From Nanobdellota archaeon (GTDB lineage: Archaea; Nanobdellota; Nanobdellia; Woesearchaeales; UBA583): 57,971 bases of DNA. This document shows positions 41,925-52,751 of this stretch, piece after piece. The notes under the pieces were generated by a model that was given only the letters and a program-made list of their open reading frames with translations, ran no database searches and had not been told where the DNA came from. The position numbers and the translations under genes are program-made. The DNA lies in contig JAIUMM010000006.1 of NCBI GenBank assembly GCA_022565615.1, positions 1 through 57,971 of the forward strand. The letters are read 5' to 3'. Positions within the stretch are counted from its first letter, which is position 1; each line of letters begins with the position of its first letter.

Positions 41925-42470
41925 ATGATTAAATGTAGTAAATTTAAAAATAAAACTCTAAAAAATCAATTTATTAAAGGTCAATTTACTTCTCAAGCAC
42001 TTTTTGCAATTTTTATGCTTGTACTATTTATATGGATTTTAGTATATGGATATAATGCAGTAATTGGGGCTAGTCAAGATTTAAGTGATAGAGAACTTGA
42101 AGATTTGAGAATCTCAATAGAGCAGAGAACTTCAATTTGTTCAGAACAATCTCAAAGAGGAAGACTTGAAACACTTTCAATATCAATTCCTCAAATAACA
42201 CAATTATGTTATGTTCATGATTTTAATTTTATTGATTCTGATTTAGCAAATTTACTAAATAATTCAGGTGTAGTTGAAAATAGTATTATATTGTTAAATG
42301 GTCCTATAAATTATGAGTATTTACAAATAACATCAGAGAATATAACTCTTACTAATGAATTTATGATTTACGATATTATTCCTCTTCAAAGTGGTGCAGT
42401 TCTTGCAAGTTCAGGAAATAGATGTATTATTCAAGAAGGAAGAAGTATTGATTTTAGATTTCAATGTTAA
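41925..42470 (+). CDS. pilin-like protein with class III signal peptide
   Basis: KG/QFTSQALFAIFMLVLFIWILVYG. Confidence 0.6.
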   Translation: MIKCSKFKNKTLKNQFIKGQFTSQALFAIFMLVLFIWILVYGYNAVIGASQDLSDRELEDLRISIEQRTSICSEQSQRGRLETLSISIPQITQLCYVHDFNFIDSDLANLLNNSGVVENSIILLNGPINYEYLQITSENITLTNEFMIYDIIPLQSGAVLASSGNRCIIQEGRSIDFRFQC

Positions 42471-42532
42471 TTCTTATTTTTAAACTAAGTTTACGTGCTA
42501 AGGTTTAAAAGAGTGAAGTTTTTAGATATATT

Positions 42533-43108
42533 ATGAGTCAAGAAATTACAGATGAGTATAGAAATGAGATTACAGAGAAAATAATTTCTCAATTAGAAGA
42601 AGTATATGATCCTGAAATTCCAATTAATATTTATGATTTAGGTTTAATCTATAAAATCACATTAACTTCTTCAAATTCATGCCATATTTTAATGACATTA
42701 ACTTCTCCTACTTGTCCAACAGCTGAGTACATTCAAGCAATGGTTGAAGAAGCTGCAACAAATGTTCTTGAAATTGATGAATGTGATGTGGAGTTGACAT
42801 TTGAACCAAGATGGAATCCTGAGATGGTGTCACAAGAAGTAAGAGAGGAGATGGGATTTATTGTGCAAGATAGTGATACTGCACCTGAGCATGTTAAAAC
42901 AAGCATGAAAGAGCATGAGAATTTACAACTTCAAGAAACATTTAAAGGAGTTAATCAGGGCAGAAATTCAAATGTAGGAAGAGAAGAAGGAGCGGTGAGA
43001 GTTTGTTTTAATTGTTCAATTACTGAAGATAAATTACCTCTTCTTCAAGGAGTATATAAAGGAAGAGATGTGTTTATTTGTACAAAATGTATTATGAAGT
43101 ATCAATAA
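42533..43108 (+). CDS. SufT/PaaD (DUF59) Fe-S maturation protein with C-terminal Zn ribbon
   Basis: VYDPEIPINIYDLGLIY, MTLTSPTCP, FEPRW; CFNC...CTKC. Confidence 0.88.
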   Translation: MSQEITDEYRNEITEKIISQLEEVYDPEIPINIYDLGLIYKITLTSSNSCHILMTLTSPTCPTAEYIQAMVEEAATNVLEIDECDVELTFEPRWNPEMVSQEVREEMGFIVQDSDTAPEHVKTSMKEHENLQLQETFKGVNQGRNSNVGREEGAVRVCFNCSITEDKLPLLQGVYKGRDVFICTKCIMKYQ

Positions 43109-43172
43109 AAACTGATTAAATATATATTTGAAAGTTAAAAATATTTATAAACTATTTATATAAAAAGTATTT

Positions 43173-43892
43173 ATGAGTTATAAATTACTAATTAATTTTT
43201 TCATTATTATTATGGTTTTTATATTAGGAAATTCTTATGCTTATTCTATTTTAACTCCTCCACTTTCAGATTTTAAAATAGAGTGTTCTAACTTTAATGA
43301 ATTATACTTAAAAAATGAATTATTGAGCAATTTTAATCAAACTCAGACCATTGAGAACTATGATTTACAAGAAATAATGATTAATTCATTTTCTAATATA
43401 TCAGTTATGAGTACTCTTGCTTTAACTTTTATTATATCAACATTATATGATTATGATTTATCAGTTAATAATCAAACAAATTATAATTTCACAATATATT
43501 TTTCAGAACTTTGTAATTCAAAAAAATTATCTGATTTGAATATGAACTTTTATACAGAAAATACATCTGGATTTTGGATAAGTTCACAGATATTTATTCA
43601 AGAAGAGAATTTTTATCTTAATTCAAATAATCTTGAATATCTTTTATATAGTCCCCACATAACTGAGGTTATTGGAAATAAAAATACTTTTTGTAGTTCA
43701 GGAATTATTAGGGAGTATAATTATAAATTAATTAAAAAGACTGAAAACTGGGAATTATTTAGAGGAGAATTAGTTGAAAGTTGTGCATATTATTTTATTA
43801 TATATTTACCTTTATTTTTAATTATTTTCGGTCTTTCATTATTTATAGTATTTCTATATAAAAATAAAGTAAATTTTTCAAATTTCAAATAA
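43173..43892 (+). CDS. hypothetical secreted, membrane-anchored protein
   Basis: Signal peptide and C-terminal TM. Confidence 0.55.
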   Translation: MSYKLLINFFIIIMVFILGNSYAYSILTPPLSDFKIECSNFNELYLKNELLSNFNQTQTIENYDLQEIMINSFSNISVMSTLALTFIISTLYDYDLSVNNQTNYNFTIYFSELCNSKKLSDLNMNFYTENTSGFWISSQIFIQEENFYLNSNNLEYLLYSPHITEVIGNKNTFCSSGIIREYNYKLIKKTENWELFRGELVESCAYYFIIYLPLFLIIFGLSLFIVFLYKNKVNFSNFK

Positions 43893-44069
43893 ATATCTAA
43901 AAAAATAGTTAAATTTCAGTTTTTTTACAGGATTAGAGTTTTTAGTAGTCTTAATATAAGTGTATCTATAAAAAACAATTTTCATTTAAATATATTTTAC
44001 TTAATTTATTACTATTATTACTTAATATATCTATATTATTTTTCTTTACAACTCTTTAAATTATTTTTT

Positions 44070-45125
44070 TTATTTTTCATCTAGAATTGTGTATTCTTCT
44101 CTAATAAATCTCAGTAACACCATTGTAATTGAAATGATAATTGGTCCAATAATTAAACCTAATATTCCAAATGCAAAAATACCTCCTACAAATCCTACAA
44201 AAACTAATGGAGGAGGAGTAGTTTCTTTGTGACTCATTAAAATAGGCCTAATGAAATTGTCAATTAATGAAATTACAGTGAGTCCATAGATGAATAACAA
44301 TGTTCCAGCTTCTGGTTGATTGATAATAAAATAATAAATACTCACAGGAACCCAGACCATAGGTGTTCCTAAGTATGGAACTAAACTCACAATTAAAGTT
44401 AAAAATATAATAATTAATAAATTAGGAAATCCATATATAACATCTAAAATAATATATCCAATTGCAGCTACAAATGTTTGAATTAAACCTGTTAAAAAAT
44501 ATCCTCTAAATAATACTTGAATATTTTTAGAAATATTTCTAAAAATCTCATCTTGTTTTTTTCTAGTTAATGGCAAATAATCATTTAATGATTCAAAAAT
44601 TTCTTTTGAATAAATTAGTAAATAATACGTTACAAATAAAATAATAATTAAATTTAAAATAATTAAAGGAAGAGATTCAATAAATCCTTGAACCCATGAA
44701 CCTATAAATTGAACCATTGAAACTATAAATCCTGAAATATCAAAAGATTCAAAAATTCTTGAATTTGTAACTTGAGAAAGAGCAGTTGTTAAAAATTCAT
44801 TTAATAATTCAGGGTTTTCAATATATTCTCTATAATCTAAAACTAATAATCCCATTCGTAAAATAATGAAGTAAAATAAAAACATTAAAGGTAAAAAAAA
44901 ACCAAGAGTTGCACAAGTTAGAGCCAGAATTGAACATAAACTCTTAGAAGGAAATCGTTGTAAAAATCCAATGTATAATGGATGTAAAAAATATGCAAGT
45001 ATAACACTTAAAATTAAAACTTGTAAAATATCTGCAATTACTAAAAATGTTAAGAATAAAAATAATGCAGTGAGTCCAAGGATAAAATTTCTCTCAGCAT
45101 TTTTAGTATATCGTTGTGATGACAT
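44070..45125 (-). CDS. AI-2E family transporter
   Basis: LAYFLHP, PYLG, IDNFIRP, GG...FG..GLIIGP. Confidence 0.9.
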   Translation of the reverse strand: MSSQRYTKNAERNFILGLTALFLFLTFLVIADILQVLILSVILAYFLHPLYIGFLQRFPSKSLCSILALTCATLGFFLPLMFLFYFIILRMGLLVLDYREYIENPELLNEFLTTALSQVTNSRIFESFDISGFIVSMVQFIGSWVQGFIESLPLIILNLIIILFVTYYLLIYSKEIFESLNDYLPLTRKKQDEIFRNISKNIQVLFRGYFLTGLIQTFVAAIGYIILDVIYGFPNLLIIIFLTLIVSLVPYLGTPMVWVPVSIYYFIINQPEAGTLLFIYGLTVISLIDNFIRPILMSHKETTPPPLVFVGFVGGIFAFGILGLIIGPIIISITMVLLRFIREEYTILDEK

Positions 45126-45171
45126 TTTAGTTAAATATAGTATAAGTAATCTTGAGTTATTTATAAATTAT

Positions 45172-45537
45172 CTATTTATAATTATATGTTTTTTCAAATA
45201 ATTTAATTACATTATTTTTAAATTCAATTTCAACATCAACAAGTTCTTCTTCTACTTGTTTTGATGAAAGAGTGTCAATTGCTAAAATTGCAATTTTTTT
45301 ACCTCTAACTTTGAGTAATTTTTGATACATTTTAACAGAATTGTGATACATATTTTTAATTTTAATATTTGAATCTGTTTTATCTGATTCTTTTTTTTTC
45401 TCTTTTAAAAATATTTCAACCGCTTTAAAGAAATGCTTTGGAAGAGTATTTAATGTGGCAGTTTTTTCTTCTTCTCTTAGAACATTGTATAAAGAATTAA
45501 ATGTAATAATTGGTAATTCTAAATTCTCTGATTCCAT
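45172..45537 (-). CDS. GINS family protein (Gins15-like A domain)
   Basis: ITFNSLYNVLREE....LNTLPKHFF, R.KKI..LA. Confidence 0.7.
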   Translation of the reverse strand: MESENLELPIITFNSLYNVLREEEKTATLNTLPKHFFKAVEIFLKEKKKESDKTDSNIKIKNMYHNSVKMYQKLLKVRGKKIAILAIDTLSSKQVEEELVDVEIEFKNNVIKLFEKTYNYK

Positions 45538-45661
45538 ATATAATTTAAGTTAGATATTTATTTAAACCTTTGCTAGCGTTTTTACAATTTTTTATATTAT
45601 TTTACAATTTTTCTCTTAAAAAATTAAAAAAAATTAAAAAGAACTAATGTTTTATAGTAGT

Positions 45662-47617
45662 ATGAATGTAATAAAACAACTTCCCTCTGAACTTTCAGAT
45701 CAAATTGCTGCAGGAGAAGTTATTCAAAATCCAGCTTCATTAATTAAAGAATTAATTGAAAATTCAATTGATGCTCAAGCTACTTCTATTGAAATTGAAC
45801 TTACAAATTCAGGATTTGAGAGTATTACTGTAAAAGATGATGGAGTTGGAATTGAAAAAATATATTTACACTTAGCACCAAAAAGGCATGCAACTTCAAA
45901 AATTTCTTCTTTTGATGATCTATATAATATTTCAACAATGGGATTTAGAGGAGAAGCACTTGCATCAATTTTTTCAGTTGCAAAAGTAGTATTAAAATCA
46001 AAACCAAAAAATCAAGAATATGCGTATCAAATTTCAACTTCTTCTATGAATGTTGAGAAAACTGCACATAATAATGGGACTTCTATTACTGTTGAAGATT
46101 TGTTTTATAATACTCCTGCAAGAAAAAAATATCTCAAAAACTCACAATTAGAATTAAAAGAAATTCTTAAAGTTATAAAGTTAATAAGTATTATTCATCC
46201 TCATCTTAAAATTTCTCTAAAAAATAATTCTAAGGAGATATTTAAAAAAACTCATTATTCAAATTTAAAAGACAATTGTTTAGAAGTTTTAGAATTAAAT
46301 AGTGAAGTTGAATTATTTGATATATCTATTACATCTCCTCATTTTATTATTTCAGGTTTTATAATAAATCCAAATGATTTAAATTATGCAACTAGAAAGC
46401 ATGAATATGTTTATGTAAATTCAAGACCTGTTGAGTCAAAAATTATTCATAAAGCAGTTTTAAATGGAATTGGAACAAATATTCACTTAGGAAGATTTCC
46501 TTTGTACGTATTAAATATTATAATTGATCCACAACTCATTGATGTAAATATTCATCCAGCAAAACTTGAAATTAAATTTGAACAAGAAGCATTTATTTTT
46601 GAACAAATAAGTAAAGGAATTCAACAATTATTTCAAGAACAATTACTTTTCAAAAAAGCTCAAATTTCAAGTAAGGAGAAACAAACTACATTTATTGAGA
46701 AATCTAAAAATGAATTAAGTAGTAATCTTACTAATAAATATAATAAAAATAATACTCAAAAATCATATTTTTTAAGAGATTCACAGCAGGAGTTAGAATT
46801 AGTATCATCTTCAATTCAAGAGAAAATAACTAATAATTCATACGATGAAAGAAAAAATAATATTAATGAGGCTATGAAAAATGATTCTAATGATACTCAA
46901 AATAAAGTTCGTACAAATAGTTCAATTAAAACACCTTTAATAATATCAAAAGAAACTCAAAACTTAGAAGAAGTTCAAGGTCCCTTGAGTGAATATTTTT
47001 CAAATTATAGAATTTTAGGTCAATTACATAAAACATTCATATTAGTTGAAACTCAAAGAGGGTTGATTGTAATAGACCAGCACGTTGTTGAAGAAAAATT
47101 TTATTTTGAATTGTTTAAACAATATTATAGTTCAAATAATCTACAAAAAAATCAACGAACTCAATATCAAGAACTGTTAAAACCAATTATTATTCCAATC
47201 TCAAAAGAAGAAGAGTTAGTATTTAGTGAGATACAATCAATTTTAGAGCAATTAGGATTTGGGGTTGAATTACTTAAAGAAAGAGAAATTATTGTAAGAA
47301 CTCTTCCTTTTAATTTAAAAGGTAAATGTCTGGATGTATCAATTATTAAAGATGTATTAGATAGTATGAATAATTCTTCTAGTTTTGAATTAATAAAAAA
47401 TTCAAAAGAATATCTACATTCTCATATTATTGAACACTTAGCAGTTCTTTCATGTAAATCTTCAATTAGAGCAGGTGATGAACTTACAATGAGCCAAATG
47501 CATGAATTAATTCATAAATTAAAAAGATTAGAAGAACCTTTTAATTGTCCTCATGGTAGGCCTATAATTGTTGAATATTCTTTTAATGATTTTGAAAAGA
47601 TGTTTAAAAGAAAATAA
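45662..47617 (+). CDS. mutL: DNA mismatch repair endonuclease MutL
   Basis: IAAGEV, ENSIDA, GFRGEALAS, DVNIHPAK, DQH...E....E, SCK, CPHGRP. Confidence 0.96.
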   Translation: MNVIKQLPSELSDQIAAGEVIQNPASLIKELIENSIDAQATSIEIELTNSGFESITVKDDGVGIEKIYLHLAPKRHATSKISSFDDLYNISTMGFRGEALASIFSVAKVVLKSKPKNQEYAYQISTSSMNVEKTAHNNGTSITVEDLFYNTPARKKYLKNSQLELKEILKVIKLISIIHPHLKISLKNNSKEIFKKTHYSNLKDNCLEVLELNSEVELFDISITSPHFIISGFIINPNDLNYATRKHEYVYVNSRPVESKIIHKAVLNGIGTNIHLGRFPLYVLNIIIDPQLIDVNIHPAKLEIKFEQEAFIFEQISKGIQQLFQEQLLFKKAQISSKEKQTTFIEKSKNELSSNLTNKYNKNNTQKSYFLRDSQQELELVSSSIQEKITNNSYDERKNNINEAMKNDSNDTQNKVRTNSSIKTPLIISKETQNLEEVQGPLSEYFSNYRILGQLHKTFILVETQRGLIVIDQHVVEEKFYFELFKQYYSSNNLQKNQRTQYQELLKPIIIPISKEEELVFSEIQSILEQLGFGVELLKEREIIVRTLPFNLKGKCLDVSIIKDVLDSMNNSSSFELIKNSKEYLHSHIIEHLAVLSCKSSIRAGDELTMSQMHELIHKLKRLEEPFNCPHGRPIIVEYSFNDFEKMFKRK

Positions 47618-47630
47618 TTTTTCTACAAAT

Positions 47631-48449
47631 TCAATCTTGTAGTGTTTTTATAACTTCTTCTAATTTTCTAAACCCTATTATTTCATTTTTTCTTAGCTCA
47701 TTTTCAAGATTTCCTAATCCTTTAATTTTATATCTTGAATCAAAATTAGTATATCTACTTAATTGTTCTTTGTTCCCAATTAGCCATTTAGAATCATTTT
47801 CACATAAATAATTTGCTCTAAATAATCTTTCATTGTCCCAACTATCGTGACCATTTGGATATCCTAAAATATCAAGATAATTAGTAAATGTTGCAAGTGT
47901 ATATGCTCTATCCAAAGGTTGTAAATGAGTTTGTAAAAATGAAACTTTTTCAAATTCTTGTTGTTTATTTAACTCTTCAATATTAAAATTAAAATGAGTT
48001 GAGTAGTCCCAATAATACGCTGGAGTATCTTCATCACTTAAAAATCCTCTTTCATACACTTGTGTTAATGTATGAGAAGATTCAACCATCTTCTTAAGTC
48101 TTCTATATGAATTTAAAACTGATGAAATTTCTCCCAAATCATCAGAGATTTGAATAATTCCAGGTCTATGCCCTAGTTTAAACGCATGAGTAGTTTGAAA
48201 ACTTTTTTCTAATATTGAAGGGTCTTTTTGTGCTTGTTGGATTTTTTCTTTTGTATTTTGTAATAGTTCTTCAATTGAAATTTTAGAAGAAGTTTGAGTA
48301 CCTTGAAATCCAATTCTTTGAATACTACAATTATTGTGTAAATAATCAAAAAGAGGTTTACAATGCTCGTACTCTTTTCTTCTAAAATCTTCAAATTTTT
48401 TATTTATTTCTTCAATTTCTTGAGGGTCGGTTATGAGTGTGAGTGTCAT
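47631..48449 (-). CDS. hypothetical protein
   Basis: 272-aa ORF, no recognised motif. Confidence 0.6.
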   Translation of the reverse strand: MTLTLITDPQEIEEINKKFEDFRRKEYEHCKPLFDYLHNNCSIQRIGFQGTQTSSKISIEELLQNTKEKIQQAQKDPSILEKSFQTTHAFKLGHRPGIIQISDDLGEISSVLNSYRRLKKMVESSHTLTQVYERGFLSDEDTPAYYWDYSTHFNFNIEELNKQQEFEKVSFLQTHLQPLDRAYTLATFTNYLDILGYPNGHDSWDNERLFRANYLCENDSKWLIGNKEQLSRYTNFDSRYKIKGLGNLENELRKNEIIGFRKLEEVIKTLQD

Positions 48450-48506
48450 AGTATAATTAAGGAATACAAATATTTATATTAATTCAATATAATTAATATA
48501 ATTAAT

Positions 48507-49331
48507 ATGATTTATAGAAAAGTTATAAAACAAGGAAATTCGGCATTTACAATTACTCTTCCAATTGGTTGGATTAATAACAATAATATAAAAGGAGGAG
48601 ATATTGTAGCAGTTGATGTAGATAATACTTCTTTAAAAATTTCAACACAGTCAAATAGTTCAAAAAAACAAGTAGTTTGTAATGTTACTGAGTTATCAAG
48701 GCCTCAAATATTTCAAAAAGTTATTTCATTATATTTAAATGGATTTGATAGTATAGAGATTAATCATTCAAATTCTGATGTTATTTTAGATATTGAAAAA
48801 GAGTTCTCAGCAATGATTTTAGAAGAACATTCAAATACATTTAGTAGGTTTGTAGCAATTGATAATGAGAGTCAAAATTTAGAACTATTTTCTAAAATTT
48901 TATTTCATTTAAAGTACTTAGGAGAAAACTTTAATAAATTAGATTTAAAGAGTTTTCAAATTCAAGAAAAATTAATGGATAAATTAATTCTTCTTCAAAT
49001 TAGAAATTATAATAAGTTTTCAAATCTAAAAAAAAAATACCAAAGTATATTACTTTGTTACATTGTTGATAGTATTGTGGATTTATTGACTGAAATTAAA
49101 ATTCACATAACTAGTAAAAAATTTTCTCACGATAATTCTAATGAAAATTTGAAACTAATAGAGTTATACATTCCACTTTATGTAGACTTAATTATTAAAA
49201 ATGATACTTTAACTCTTATCACTACATTAAGAGAATTTAGAAACTCAATTAATTGTAATTCATTTGAAGATGGAATTTTATTTTCTCTTGCAGATTTAAT
49301 GTATAATTTTATAGGATTTTTAGAAAAATAA
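48507..49331 (+). CDS. AbrB-domain/PhoU-like regulator
   Basis: RKVIKQGNSAFTITLP.GW, SLYLNGFD.IEI. Confidence 0.8.
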   Translation: MIYRKVIKQGNSAFTITLPIGWINNNNIKGGDIVAVDVDNTSLKISTQSNSSKKQVVCNVTELSRPQIFQKVISLYLNGFDSIEINHSNSDVILDIEKEFSAMILEEHSNTFSRFVAIDNESQNLELFSKILFHLKYLGENFNKLDLKSFQIQEKLMDKLILLQIRNYNKFSNLKKKYQSILLCYIVDSIVDLLTEIKIHITSKKFSHDNSNENLKLIELYIPLYVDLIIKNDTLTLITTLREFRNSINCNSFEDGILFSLADLMYNFIGFLEK

Positions 49332-49404
49332 TTGTATTTTAAATATTATCCTTTTAATTTAAATAAATTGAGAAAATCAATATAAAATTAAGTTTAATTT
49401 AAAT

Positions 49405-49872
49405 TTAAACTCTATTTTTTTCTTTATAATTATCAGCTTCTTCTTTCATATGGGCAGCTGCTTTAAATTGTCTTGAAATCTTTGAAGTTCTAGCCACTTT
49501 TTGAAGTTGTCCAGCTCTTCCTAATCTTGCAACTCTAAACCATTTTAAAACTGCTAATTGACTAGCTGTTCTAGGATCAATATTTGTTAAAAATAATGCA
49601 ATTAATTCAAACGGAATTGTTGCTAAAATATCTAACCATGCATCGTGGAAAAAACTTTTCCAAGTATCATGTCTTTGTTTAATTCTAATTAAATCTAATG
49701 TGAAGATTACTAGAACAACTACACTAAACCATAAATATACTTGTGTAAGTCCACTTACGATTTGAAATATTTCTAATATTAGAAATATTGTTACAATAAA
49801 TACGGATAGAAATACTAAAAAATCTAGTACTCTATCATACATTGTTTTTTCTTCAATGAAATATTCTTCCAT
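49405..49872 (-). CDS. stand-alone voltage-sensor-like (Ion_trans S1-S4) protein
   Basis: IFTLD, WLDILATIPF, Arg-periodic KWFRVARLGR; no pore segment. Confidence 0.7.
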   Translation of the reverse strand: MEEYFIEEKTMYDRVLDFLVFLSVFIVTIFLILEIFQIVSGLTQVYLWFSVVVLVIFTLDLIRIKQRHDTWKSFFHDAWLDILATIPFELIALFLTNIDPRTASQLAVLKWFRVARLGRAGQLQKVARTSKISRQFKAAAHMKEEADNYKEKNRV

Positions 49873-49951
49873 ATATAATTCATATAAAAATAATTTATAA
49901 ATATTTTATTAACTCCTCCGCAGAGACTATATTGAATTGAACAAAATATGT

Positions 49952-51865
49952 TTATTTTTCAATATTGTATATTAAATGCATCATTTCAATATATAGAGCA
50001 AGTGACCATGTTTGTGCTACACACCCTCTTGTTTGCATATGACTTGCTGAACTTACTTCTGCAATATGTCCAAATGCTCCTTTAAATAATAATTGTTTTG
50101 TAAGAGAAGTTGAAATCTTAGTAATTTCCTCTTTAAACTCATCACTATTGCAATGGTACAAACACATAGCACAAATTGCATTCATAAAATACCACGAATC
50201 TCCTTGATGGTAACTAATATCATCTCCTCCGGTGTAATTTTGTTGAAACCTTGTATCATATTTTGATAGGGAAGAGATTCCTCCCCAGTTTAAATATAAA
50301 TGGGTGAGTGTTTTTCTAAATATTATTTTCCATTCTTCTTGAGTACACAAATCTGGATAATTATAATATGCTAAAAATGTATCACAAGTAATTGTTTGAG
50401 TATTAGGTTCATCAACTAAGAGATTATTTTGTAAATATACTGCCCTAATGTGAAGTTTAAAATCATTTTCAAAATCTAAAAACTCTTCACATTTAGTAGT
50501 GTAGCCTAATATCTTTGAGAGAATTGCAAGAGTTGAAATTGTATTTAACATTGATACTTGAAGAGCAACTGGTGATTTAACCCAATCAATTGTATCTCTC
50601 CACCATTCTGCTTTTTCAACTTCTAATAATTCTTTATCAGAATTCCATCTTGTTTTCATAACTCCATTAAAGACTTTGAGTAAACTTTCATAAAATAATT
50701 CAATAGTTCCATTATAAAGTAAGTCCTCAAGCCCTTTTTCTTTTTCAATATAAAAAATATAATCTTCAATTCTCTTTGAGAGTAAAAGAGGAGCATCTAT
50801 ACTATTTAGAGATCCTTCTTGATGAAGAAGTCTTGGAAACTCTCCTTCATCATTAATTATATTACAAAGTTCAACGAGTTTTTCTTCAACAAGTTTAATT
50901 TCACCAATTTCTAAAAATGCACGCAAAGAAAATACTTCATCTCTACTCCATTCTTGAAAAAACCAAGGATATCCTGCAATAATTGAAGGATGAGGGAGTT
51001 TAGAGTCTTTAATTACAAAATCAAAAATTTTTCTTTTAGCAATATCATATCCTAGCTGAGTTTGCATACTTAGAGGAATTACTGATGTTGATTTACCAAA
51101 ACTCTCTTCATCAATTCCTTTTTCAACTTCTTCAATAATATGTTCAAAATTATCCATAATAATTAATTGTTCAAAAACTTCTTCTTTTGAAGTTGAATAT
51201 CCTACATGTATTTTTTTATGCGTATTTTGAATATCAATTTGAAGAGCTCTAAATATAAACTCTTTTGAATCAAGTCCTCTTAGAGCATCATAAAAATATT
51301 CTTTTTCAATCCATTGATTTAATTCTTCATATACTAAATTTTGAGTTTTAATTCCAATATATACTTTTAAATCCTCTTTTTTACTCTCTTCATTAGTTTT
51401 AGTAAATTCGATAAATAAAATTCCTTCTTCTAGATATATTTTATACTCTTTACCAAATTTAGAAAAATCTGCAAATCTTCTTATGTCTAAATCAAGAGTA
51501 ATTTTTGAATCTATATTACTCTCAAAAATAAATCCACCATTTGGTGAAATTGTAATTTTTTCAAATCCAATAATTGAATCATCATTTTCATAATAGGGAG
51601 ATGAAAATTCTTTTGTAATTGAGTATTCTTGAACTTCAACATTTTTAGTTTTATATTCAAGAGTTCCAAACCAATCAATTATTTTAATTAATTCATGATT
51701 TAAATTATCTCTTTTAAAAAAACCAAATGATTTACAACTACTATGCTCAAGAGATTGAACAATACAATCCCCTTTTTGATTAGTAAGAACATAAGAGAAT
51801 AAATCATCAGATTCTTTTTGCGTAAATGAAACAACTTGTTTTGCAATTTTGTACCTAATATCCAT
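49952..51865 (-). CDS. amylo-alpha-1,6-glucosidase (glycogen debranching enzyme-like)
   Basis: IIAGYPWF..WSRD, YHQGDSW, GCVAQTWS. Confidence 0.85.
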   Translation of the reverse strand: MDIRYKIAKQVVSFTQKESDDLFSYVLTNQKGDCIVQSLEHSSCKSFGFFKRDNLNHELIKIIDWFGTLEYKTKNVEVQEYSITKEFSSPYYENDDSIIGFEKITISPNGGFIFESNIDSKITLDLDIRRFADFSKFGKEYKIYLEEGILFIEFTKTNEESKKEDLKVYIGIKTQNLVYEELNQWIEKEYFYDALRGLDSKEFIFRALQIDIQNTHKKIHVGYSTSKEEVFEQLIIMDNFEHIIEEVEKGIDEESFGKSTSVIPLSMQTQLGYDIAKRKIFDFVIKDSKLPHPSIIAGYPWFFQEWSRDEVFSLRAFLEIGEIKLVEEKLVELCNIINDEGEFPRLLHQEGSLNSIDAPLLLSKRIEDYIFYIEKEKGLEDLLYNGTIELFYESLLKVFNGVMKTRWNSDKELLEVEKAEWWRDTIDWVKSPVALQVSMLNTISTLAILSKILGYTTKCEEFLDFENDFKLHIRAVYLQNNLLVDEPNTQTITCDTFLAYYNYPDLCTQEEWKIIFRKTLTHLYLNWGGISSLSKYDTRFQQNYTGGDDISYHQGDSWYFMNAICAMCLYHCNSDEFKEEITKISTSLTKQLLFKGAFGHIAEVSSASHMQTRGCVAQTWSLALYIEMMHLIYNIEK

Positions 51866-52013
51866 ATTTTCTTTTAAATATCTCAGTATAAAATATTATA
51901 TAACTATTTCAAAGGAGATAAAATAAATAATTGAAGAGAGATAATTTAACTAAAACTAAAACTTAAAAAATATAACTAATTATAGATAAACAAAACAAAT
52001 AAAAAGTTAATTT

Positions 52014-52751
52014 TTAATTTTCTGCTATTATTGTATCATACATTATTTTATCAATTGCTTTTGCAAAATCAACAGCTGTGGAGTTTGCATTAATTAAAAT
52101 ACAATTAGGAAATTCTTCAGGAATTACAACTCCAATTTCACTAGCATTATAATTATAAATAATTACAGCTTGGTTTTCATTTGAGAGTTCACAATTAGTA
52201 GTATTATTAATTGTAATAAAATTATGTTCATTGAGTCTAATTCCTTGAATATGTCTTAAGTATGCTGCAAATTTACCACTCGTTTTAATTAAAAGAGCAT
52301 TTTCAGTTCTATTTTCTAAAATATCAGGAGTTGCAAGCATAATATTAAAATTTGTTTCAAACCAATCATTTGTAATATCTTGTCTAAAATTAAATCCTTC
52401 AAGAGTAGATAAATCAAAAGCGAATTCTACATTTGCCTGCCCACCTCTGTATGCTTGTGCAGAATAGATAAATCCTTCATCTTCAATTCCCATTTCTTTA
52501 TACACATTAAAAAGAGGATCTTGTTGTCTATCATCAAAATACTCAAAAGCAAAATATACTGCAACAAAGAAGAGTAATGTTGCTCCAAATATAATTACAT
52601 ATTCCCAAATTCCATCTTTTTCTTCTTCTTTATTTTTATCTCTTGCTTTAATAGTTTTAATTTCTCTTTGAGTTTTATTAGAACTATTAGTTTTATTAAG
52701 AGATTTTTGAGGTTCTTGAGTTTGTTTATTTATTTTATCTTTTAAAACCAT
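52014..52751 (-). CDS. hypothetical membrane-anchored protein
   Basis: Basic N-terminus, one TM. Confidence 0.6.
   Translation of the reverse strand: MVLKDKINKQTQEPQKSLNKTNSSNKTQREIKTIKARDKNKEEEKDGIWEYVIIFGATLLFFVAVYFAFEYFDDRQQDPLFNVYKEMGIEDEGFIYSAQAYRGGQANVEFAFDLSTLEGFNFRQDITNDWFETNFNIMLATPDILENRTENALLIKTSGKFAAYLRHIQGIRLNEHNFITINNTTNCELSNENQAVIIYNYNASEIGVVIPEEFPNCILINANSTAVDFAKAIDKIMYDTIIAEN

Noticed and set aside
986-48394. Short overlapping ORFs in the track (986, 1036, 5527, 6606, 7882, 9104, 10635, 19123, 22693, 28554, 32082, 36773, 40175, 40549, 41458, 44971, 48209)
   Set aside because: Antisense or off-frame shadows of well-supported genes, with no motifs
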